From Macrostomum lignano (Eukaryota), in contig NIVC01003333.1 of the NCBI GenBank assembly GCA_002269645.1, positions 39,703 through 103,702 on the forward strand: a stretch of DNA of 64,000 bases, in the 5' to 3' direction. The notes below the pieces were generated by a model. The model ran no database searches and was not told where the DNA came from. It worked only from the letters and a program-made list of their open reading frames with translations. The position numbers and the translations under genes are program-made. Of this stretch, positions 24,795 to 33,829 are shown piece by piece (position 1 is the stretch's first letter; each line of letters begins with the position of its first letter).

Positions 24795-24944
24795 CTACCT
24801 CCTGCAAGTGTCGCCCTTGCATGACGGCGAATCACCGAGGCAGATCTCGTTTATGCAGTAACAGAGTGGACCACAGAGATCATCTGCATTTACAGTTGCC
24901 AACAGCGCAACGATGAGGACCAACAGAGCAAACAGAACTCGCAT
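24795..24944 (-). CDS. Secreted six-cysteine peptide precursor, copy 6 (type-B unit)
   Basis: Identical translation; 2978 bp from copy 5; empty AAATTT site at 24591-24596. Confidence 0.85.
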   Translation of the reverse strand: MRVLFALLVLIVALLATVNADDLCGPLCYCINEICLGDSPSCKGDTCRR

Positions 24945-25758
24945 GCTGTTTCTTGAAGATGTGAACTTGTTGCAGCCGATAATCTTGTAGGAGGATTTGT
25001 AGGCTTGATTTTGTGCCATTGCTCAGTGTTATATTTATAGATTCAAGATCCCATAAAACACGGCTGCAATCGTTTAAATCACGCACTGCTTGTCAAGCAG
25101 CTCCCAGAAAATTATTCGACTTTCTGCTCAGGTTGCAATAAATTTTCATGTCCCTGGATTGAGCTTGATTGATGGTTTAGAGTTAATTCGCATGGCGTTA
25201 ACTAACATTTGACATTTTCTCCACCCCTGCAAAATAAGCGAAACTGCATTTGAACTGTGCGCAGGCACGCTGGAGGCTGTTCACAAGGACTTTTTCTCGT
25301 TGCCGAGGCATCAAAACTCTCACCTGCGTGCCGGTTCCTCCAAAATCTAAAAATCGACCTGTAAATGTTCACATACGCTCGTAAGCTAAACAGATTTTGA
25401 TGGATTGACAAGCTCTTAATCTCTTAAGCTCTTAGATTTCAACTTCGATGCAAAGCAACTCAAGGGGGCGCTAACGCACATGACGGAAGCACATGACCGT
25501 TGGTTCTGCTTTCAGGAAGCGACACTGAGCTGCCCACATAACATTTTGTACAAATTGAGTCTCAAATTCTGAATTCAATCGCACATTCCTACCGACAAAT
25601 CAATTTTAGTACGAGTATATAGAATTTAAATTTTCACACAATAACAGATAAAAGAATTCCTTTATAGAATTTTCATTCATGTCGTAGAATGAAATTCGTA
25701 TGTAATGTGTCATATCTCATACACACTGATAAGAGAAATGATAAGAGTCTGCAGAATT

Positions 25759-25919
25759 TCAGTCAGTAGAGTCCCAGTCAGTACAGTCCCAGTCAGCAGA
25801 GTCCCAGTCAGCAGAATTCCAGTCAGTAGAGTGCCAGTCAGCAGAGTGCCAGTCAGTAGAGTGCCAGTCATTAGAGTGCCAGTCAGTACAGTCCCAGCCA
25901 GCAGAGTCCCAGTCAGTAG
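25759..25919. repeat. 15-bp satellite, diverged short array
   Basis: Duplicate of 22781-22941. Confidence 0.9.
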
Positions 25920-26169
25920 AAAAACTGTGAAGTTAAGTTCAGTGTGTTGGCGCAGCTCCACACAGCTTCTCCTTTGATGAGGATGTATGCTCCGCGCCGT
26001 GGGCTTGCCTTGGCGGCTTTTCTTTCAGCGAGGCCACTTCTGCTGTCTAAGGCCCTGCCTGACCGAGAGAGGGCCTTGGTGAGAGTCACTGTCAGTTTTG
26101 GTATCACTGTCTTATGATGAGAGTCACCGTCCATCTTGGCGGGTATCGGTGTCTCTCATGATTAGAGTC

Positions 26170-26765
26170 ACTGCAGTATCTCTTGGTGAATTTCACTGTC
26201 TCGCATGGTGAGTGTCACTGTCTCTCATGGTGCGTGTCACTGTCTCTCATGGTGAGTGTCACTGTCTCTCATGATGAGTGTCACTGTCTCTCATGGTGCG
26301 TGTCACTGTCTCTCATAGTGAGTGTCACTGTCTCTCATGGTGCGTGTCACTGTCTCTCATGGTGAGTGTCACTGTCTCTCATGATGAGTGTCACTGTCTC
26401 TCATGGTGCGTGTCACTGTCTCTCATGGTGAATTTCGCTGTCTCTCATGGTGAATTTCGCTGTCTCTCATGGTTAGTGTCACTGTCTCTCATGGTGCGTG
26501 TCACTGTCTCTCATGGTGAGTGTCACTGTCTCTCATGGTGAATTTCACTTTCACTCATGCTGAGTGTCACTCTCTCTCATTGTGAATTTCACTGTCACTC
26601 ATGGTGAATTTCACTGTCTCTCATGGTGAGTGTCACTGTCACTCATGGTGAGTGTCACTGTCTCTCATGGTGAATTTCACTGTCACTCATGGTGAGAGTC
26701 ACTGTCAGTTTAAGTGAGCGCCACTGTCTCATGATGAGTGCCTCATCTCTGGTGAGTGTCAGTAG
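26170..26765. repeat. 22-bp satellite
   Basis: Duplicate of 23190-23890 with fewer units. Confidence 0.9.
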
Positions 26766-26794
26766 TTTCTCTTTTGGGGGAGTGTCACTTCAGT

Positions 26795-27180
26795 TAGCCC
26801 TGGAGACAGTAGCGGTGATGTCAATAGCACTCATGACAGCCCTGGAGACAGTAGCGGTGATGTCAATAGCACTCATGACAGCCCTGGAGACAGTAGCGGT
26901 GATGTCAATAGCACTCATGACAGCCCTGGAGACAGTAGCGGTGATGTCAATAGCACTCATGACAGCCCTGGAGACAGTAGCGGTGATGTCAATAGCACTC
27001 ATGACAGCCCTGGAGACAGTAGCGGTGATGTCAATAGCACTCATGACAGCCCTGGAGACAGTAGCGGTGATGTCAATAGCACTCATGACAGCCCTGGAGA
27101 CAGTAGCGGTGATGTCAATAGCACTCATGACAGCCCTGGAGACAGTACCGGTGATGTCAATAGCAGCTCATGACAGCCTA
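26795..27180. repeat. 42-bp tandem repeat
   Basis: Duplicate of 23926-24310. Confidence 0.95.
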
Positions 27181-28147
27181 TGCCTTCCTATGCCTGAATC
27201 GCTTCTCACACGAAAGTGAACATGCAGGACACAGAGTGCACCAAAGTTTTGGACAGAATATTTGCTCTGAATTTGCAATTCAGAGGCTTGTAAATGAAAC
27301 TTTGCACAATATTGTATCAGTTCTTAAGAAACTAAAGAAATCTCTTGATTTTCTAAGCGATCTAGCAATGAAAACGCGATTGTAGCAGTTAACGGCTAAG
27401 AAGTTTCTAATTATGACTTGTTGAAGAATTCCTTGGACGAAGCTTAACAGATCGATTAGAAAAGTCAGTTAAGAATAAAAATCGGCACGCTCAAGGCTTA
27501 AAGGTTACTTTTGAATTGTGAAAATAAAAAATATGAGTACCGATCAATCAGTCAACATATTAATTTATTCGAAATGTCTATTTCCAAAATCAGTAAAACA
27601 ACAAAAGCCGATTGATTTGCAACTCGAGTCTGAAGTTTAACAGCTTAATTAACTTTTCGACGCTGATTCGGCCGCGGCAAACAGAGGGAATGAATAGAAA
27701 ACAAGGGGATATCCAATGCCTCGGAGTTACATGTACATAGGACTAATAATCCACGGCATCAGAGGTGCATGGCCTTTGGGATTAGGAGATCACATGATGG
27801 ATTCAATGTAACAGAATGTGCGCAGTACAGTCTACGGTAAGCACTGACTAAAAGCTTCCATTGCAGACTTTTACACACTCATAACTACAGGCCATCACGC
27901 AAAATATTTTATCCTTATAATTTTTAATATCTAAAACTCAAGGCACACAAAGTCACAACACATTCGCGAATTGAAGCTTGAAATCTGAGACAGCAGGTGC
28001 AACAACTGCTGACTGGCACTGGAGTGTATTTGCAGCCCTCATTTGATTGAATTATTGGCAACTGTTGCTGCTGTGAAAGATTGACAGGTGAATCACAGCA
28101 AGGAATTCATGACTGTAAAGAATGCAGTAAACAGATGAGAGTAACGG

Positions 28148-28335
28148 TACAGTGTACATTGTGGGGGGTGGGGTGAGGCAGGGCAGAGTGTACATTGTGA
28201 GGGATGGGGTGAGGCAGGGCAGAGTGTACATTGTGAGGGATGGGGTGAGGCAGGGCAGAGTGTACATTGTGGGGGATGGGGTGAGGCAGGGCAGAGTGTA
28301 CATTGTGGGGGATGGGGTGAGGCAGAGCAGAGTGC
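28148..28335. repeat. 36-bp G-rich minisatellite (~5 copies)
   Basis: GTGTACATTGTGGGGGATGGGGTGAGGCAGGGCAGA. Confidence 0.9.
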
Positions 28336-28760
28336 TCACTGTAGGGTCAGACAGGGCAAAAAGTACGAGTACATTGGGAGATTGGAGCTGACAGGGAATT
28401 GTGTGTGTGCAGTTTGAACAATCTCGAAAACGCCAAAAATCGCTACGGGATTTAAAAAGTTGAAAACTTATGGCGCAATTAAAAAAATTTGAAAACAAAA
28501 TTGAAACCAATTCCGACATTGCAGAGCGACAATCGAGAACCAAACCAGACAAGGGCTAATTTGATTGTGGAAACAAGGCCCAGACAACGGAAGAATTCCA
28601 CGGAACCCATGGAATCAATTAAGGTGCCAATCATTAGGGATACAGAAGTACAAACTCGTTTCTGATTAGCAAGATTAGCGAAGTGGTGAGCAGCGGGAGA
28701 TAAGCGACTTGGCCCTCGGTCAGGCAGTGGAGAGACTGAGTCAGTCTGTCTTGCACAAGT

Positions 28761-31700
28761 TTACAGGTCGTCATCGCCGATGGCGTGCACGAAGGAGTCG
28801 TTGTCGGCCACGGTGGCAGCGGCGCCGGCGGCGGAGTCGGCTGCGGACCAGTGCGCCAGCCGCTGCGCCAGGCTCTGGTGGTCCTCGGCGCCGCCCACTC
28901 GCCGGGTGAACGGCCGCTGCCGGTCCACGAAGTCGTTTAAGTCGGCGGGGTCGCGGCCGCGGTCCCGGTCGGCCGGGGTTCGAATCTGGCCGCCTGCCTT
29001 CTTCATGACCACCTCGTCGACCACGGACTGGAGGCAGAGACTGAGCAGCACGGCCTGGTGGGTGTTGATGCGGAACCATTTGAGCGAGTCGGGGGCCACC
29101 AGGTACTCGAAGCTGAGCTCGTGGCAGGGCACGCTGTCGCCCCGGCTGTTCGGCGCGGTGGCGCCAGGCGCGCTCGGGTTGAGAGGCGCCAACGGCGCAT
29201 CCGCACAACCCTGAAGACGCCTTCGGTGCGCGCGGACTGCGGCCTGACAACCAGCTCCTTGTTGCCAATCCACACCTGGCTCAGAGGAGGATTGCGGGCG
29301 CGATAGAAAAGCGAAGTGAATCATTTTGAGCCACACTGTTTTCCAGGATATTTAAAGCAAAAATTCCCAAAAATGGCATTCTCATAAAGGTTGTCAAACT
29401 CGGTATGTCCTACTTCAGCCAAGCGATGAAACTGGCATCCGGAATCCCGTCTAGGGATCCAGAGGGACGGAGAACCGACACCCTAAGCCAACAATCCTCT
29501 TAAAACCAACAGAGCTCACCACAGCCGGCGTGTCGGGCGTTGGCCAGTCGGCAAAGCAGTCGGGGAACGGCAGGAAGCCGTAGAAGCGGCAGGTCCGCGC
29601 CAGCCGCAGGAAATCCCGACGCGACCTGGACTGGCGGTAGTCGGCAAGGCGGTCCGCCTGCTCCCGGCTGGGCAGGATCCAGCCGTTGTCCAGGTCGGCG
29701 CATGCCTGGGCGTGGGTTATTGCGGGAGGCGGAACTGGCTGAAAAGCTGGCCCAGCAGCTGAGGATCTGGGAGGCTGGCCCAGCAACTGAGGATCTGGGA
29801 GGCTGGCCCAGCAGCTGAGGATCTGGGACGCTGGCCCGGCCACTGAGGATCTGGGAGTCTGGCCCGGTAGCTGAGGATCTGCGAGGCTGGCCCAGCAACT
29901 GAGGATCTGGGAGGCTGGCCCGGCAACTGAGGATCTGAGAGGCTGGCCCGGCAACTGAGGATCTGGGAGGCTGGCCCAGCAGCTGAGGATATGGGAGGCT
30001 GGCCCGGCAACTGAGGATCTGAGAGGCTGGCCCGGCAACTGAGGATCTGGGAGGCTGGCCAGGCAACTGAGGATCTGGGAGGCTGGCCAGGCAACTGAGG
30101 ATCTGGGAGGCTGGCCCAGCAGCTGAGGATCTGGGAGGCTGGCCCAGCAGCTGAGGATATGGGAGGCTGGCCCGGCAACTGAGGATCTGGCAGGATGGCC
30201 CTGAAGCCTGGAGGCCAGGTCCATGACGCAACAATGTCAGGTGCCGCAAAGCCCATTACCTGAGCATAGAGCAGTCGCAGCGCCGCAGGCTCATCGTACA
30301 ATTCATTCTCCAGCAGGGAGTCCCAGAAGGCCTTGCGCACAACCAGCCGGGCCGATTCGGCCTCCTGCTGCGCGGCGGCCAGAGACACGCAGGGCAGCTC
30401 AAAGTCCTGCAGGCGGCGGAGCACAGCGGGCTGGCCGGAGGCGCCGGTCGCCACCAAGAACAGGCCGAAGTAGTAGGCGAACCGCTCGCTGAGGCCGGCG
30501 GTCTTGGCGAAGGCCTCCAACACGTCATCGGTGCGGTCGGTGTTGAGCACGGATAGGCAGCAGCGCTTGCCGGTCATGAGGCCGATCTGCAGTTCGACGG
30601 GCTCCGGCCTTAGGCCGCGGCTCGCCTTCTGCGCACCCTGCAGGAACGTCTGGAAGCGGCCGCCCAGCGCCGGGTCCTGGCTCACCTGCGGACCGCGAGG
30701 GCGAGAGTGAAATGCGTCTGATTGTGCATAGCAACAATGTAGAGATCTGGATTAACACTTTAGCACCGCAGAAGTACTTTTATGATCGCGCAAGCGGATG
30801 ACCAAATCTATCAGCAGCCGAAATGCGAGTGCACTGCGAGCTCGGATTTCCGGCTACAGTTGCTGACATGCCTATGCTCAAATGGGGTTGCTGAGATGCC
30901 AATGCTCAAATGGAGTTACTGACATGCCAATGCTCAAATGGGGTTGCTGAGATGCCTATGCTCAAATGGAGTTGCTGAGATGCCAATGCTCAAATGGGGT
31001 TGCTGACATGCCAATGCTCAAATGGAGTTGCTGAGATGCCTATGCTCAAATGGGGTTGCTGAGATGCCTATGCTCAAATGGGGTTGCTGAGATGCCTTTG
31101 CTCAAATGGGGTTGCTGAGATGCCAATGCTCAAATGGGGTTGCTGAGATGCCTATGCTCAAATGGGGTTGCTGAGATGCCTTTGCTCAAATGGGGTTGCT
31201 GAGATGCCAATGCTCAAATGGGGTTGCTGAGATGCCAATGCTCAATGGGGTTGCTGAGATGCCTATGCTCAAATGGGGTTGCTGAGATGCCTTTGCTCAA
31301 ATGGGGTTGCTGAGATGCCTATGCTCAAATGGGGTTGCTGAGATGCCAATGCTCAAATGCTCAATTTGATATATGAATATACCTGCCCTAATGGACTCAG
31401 TCGAAGGACTGGGGGTCGCCACACACACACACACACACACACCTTCAATTACCCCAGCAAATGCTGGCACCCATTTCACAGCTGGGTGAACTGAAGCAAT
31501 GGAGTTAAGTGTCTTGCTCAAGGACACAAATTGTTCCGAGTGTGTCTAGAATCGAACCCCTGACCTTTCAGTAGTGAGTCTGACGCTCTAACCATTAAGC
31601 CTCAACCCCCTTATTAAAACAAAGCCTGGTAAAAAAGAGAAACTGAGCACAAAAAAGCAAACAGAAGAGCTGAATTGAATCTAAATTGTCATAAATTGTT

Positions 31701-32675
31701 CAAGAAAAATCCCAAGGATACTCAGGAGCTCAGAGGCATAAACTATCTTGAAAAAGAGCTTCAGACCAAAAAAATTAAAGATAAAATTTAAAAAAATCTT
31801 GTTCCAGTGCCACCTACTGAAGCTCACAGATAGGCATAAATCCCGTGACATGGGGGCTCCTCAGCCCCCGCAACCCAAGCTGAAATAAGATTGACAACCT
31901 GTGCTCCGAGAAAAGCTGGGAGATTTTTCCTGTCTGATTTATGCCCTGCTTCAACTGTCGCTGAAAACTCTTTTGCTTCACAGTTTGCTTTGATTTAAGA
32001 TTTCATTTCTTCAGAGAGTTACCAGTCACTGCTTGTCAATTTGTGCACAAGACAGACTACTTTTAGCCGCTGAAAAGTAGCAATACAGAAATTTTATTGG
32101 TAAATTTGACTCTCTTCAAACCATCGACAAGTGAATGCAGAGTCTGGGGCGATTCTAATTTCAATACAAGGCGGCTTTTATAAGACAGCACAGGGAATTC
32201 AGTCTGAGCAATCCCAACTGACACACTGCATCAGGGGGAATTCAGTCTGAGCAATCCCAACTGACACACTGCATCAAGGGGAATTCAGTCTGAGCAATCC
32301 CAACTGACACACTGCATCAGGGGGAATTCAGTCTGAGCAATCCCAACTGACACACTGCATCAGGAGGAATTCAGTCTGAGCAATCCCAACTGACACACCG
32401 CATCAGGGACACGCCAGTCTCACCTGCTGCACGAACAGCTCAAGCTGGGCCCGCCGTTCACCCAACTGCGAGGCGGTGAGTCCGAAGAGCCGCTTTGGCG
32501 GGAAGGCCGGCACCGCCCTGGCGCCGTGACCCTCAACCAGCGCGTCATAGAAGCTGCGCAGCTCGCTGAACCTGGTGGAGCAGTGGAACACGCCGTTCAC
32601 GTAGATCTTGTAGCTGGTGTAGCTGGCCCCGTCCGAGTCCGACACCTGCTCGTACTCGGGTATGGAGAAGTGCAT
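28761..32675 (-). CDS. SNX17: Sorting nexin-17 family (PX plus FERM-like). Exons 32675-32424, 30685-30260, 29705-29520, 29275-28761
   Basis: MHFSIPE...YKIYVNGVFHCSTRFSELRSF...FPPKRLF PX domain; RRLQDFELPCVS, VVRKAFWD, LYAQ; FLRLARTCRFYG; ELSFEYLV...LKWFRI.THQAVLLSLCLQSVVDE; C-terminus IGDDDL. All three introns are GT-AG phase 0. One apparent 1-nt frameshift in exon 4 (~29170-29200). Confidence 0.9.
29745..30195. repeat. 28-bp minisatellite in SNX17 intron 2
   Basis: GGCCCAGCAGCTGAGGATCTGGGAGGCT units. Confidence 0.95.
30858..31360. repeat. 28-bp minisatellite in SNX17 intron 1
   Basis: GCTGAGATGCCAATGCTCAAATGGGGTT units. Confidence 0.95.
31400..31605 (-). mobile_element. tRNA-derived SINE with CORE-like domain
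   Basis: Minus strand: A-box-like GGCTTAATGGTTAGAGCG, B-box GGTTCGATTC, then TGTGTCCTTGAGCAAGACACTTAAC...CAGCTGTGAAATGGG resembling the MIR CORE, followed by (GT)n. Confidence 0.75.
32192..32408. repeat. 43-bp tandem repeat (5 copies) next to the SNX17 exon 1 donor
   Basis: GAATTC period 43 at 32195/32238/32281. Confidence 0.95.
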
Positions 32676-32829
32676 CGGACTGCACAGAGCCCCAATCAGA
32701 TCTGCCACAGGTGAACCAATTGAAGCGAATGCAAACAGTTTTGCTTGTCCAGTCTGGATGTCAGCAGTGTTCAATAGTGGCGACTCATGCAATGGGATCA
32801 GCAAGTTATAAGACTGTCAAAATCCCTAC

Positions 32830-33026
32830 CCCAGTGATCTTTGAACCTCAGGATCCCGATCCCAGAATCCCAACCCTAGTGATCCTTGAACCTCAGGGTC
32901 TCAGCCCTAGTGATCCTTGAACCTCAGGGTCTCAGCCCTAGTGATCCTTGAACCTCAGGGTCTCAGCCCTAGTGATCCTTGAACCTCAGGGTCTCAGCCC
33001 TAGTGATCCTCGAACCTCTGGGTCTC
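32830..33026. repeat. 31-bp minisatellite, left part (split by the hAT insertion)
   Basis: CCTAGTGATCCTTGAACCTCAGGGTCTCAGC; resumes at 37062. Confidence 0.9.
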
Positions 33027-33829
33027 CCAGTGCTGTGACAGGCTGCGTTTTTCACGCATCTGCGTGTTTTTGTCAGATTTCTGCGTGTCTGCGTGTTTTT
33101 CTGCGTGTTTTTTTTCCTGCGTGCTTTTTATTTTTCAAGTTGTTGCCCTCATACCATCGCTTGTTATGCCATCCTGTAATGCCACTTGGGTGAATCAATT
33201 GATGCAAGGGAAATAAAAATAAGAAAATGGGGAAAAAAGTGCAAATTGTTTGTCTTTGGCTTCCTGTTATTAATTTCATTGATTAATTTATATTTCCCTG
33301 CCTTAAAGACCTCAGGTCCTTAGTCTAGGGCTCTAGGTTATCCTAGTAACAATTAGCGATTGTGAAAGTTCCATGGACTGGTTTTATGTACAGTGGATAT
33401 GACAGACTGCCAATGGACATTGGTTACAAGTTCATTGTTCACTGGAGTGTTCCACCAGTGCCAAAATTAAAGAGTGTCACAAACGAGGCACACAATCACC
33501 CATGGTATGTATGTATTCGAATATGTATACCTGTCTAGGGCTTAGGGCCTAGGCTATCCTACGACGTAGTATTGTAGTAACAATTGCCAACTGCGAGAGT
33601 TACATGCCACTCTTTCATTGTGGTTTTCATCATTTAGGCATATTTTTAATAGTCATTAGAACCTTAGTTGTTCGTGACAGTTATTTAGTAATCCTATTTA
33701 GTAAAGAGCTGGGGCAAGGTTTAATAATAGTAAATTGCTTTCATTTTACATAAGCTTCAGGGGAACCTGCAATCTATTACAGCAAGTCACCAAAGAGTCG
33801 ACACCAACTGAGCCGACTATCGTCATCCC

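Noticed and set aside
20685-27180. CRISPR-like appearance of the 42/46-bp and 22-bp arrays
   Set aside because: Units abut with no unique spacers, no cas genes are present, and the context is eukaryotic
29451-30249. Pro-rich ORFs overlapping SNX17
   Set aside because: 28-bp intronic minisatellite bounded by good splice sites
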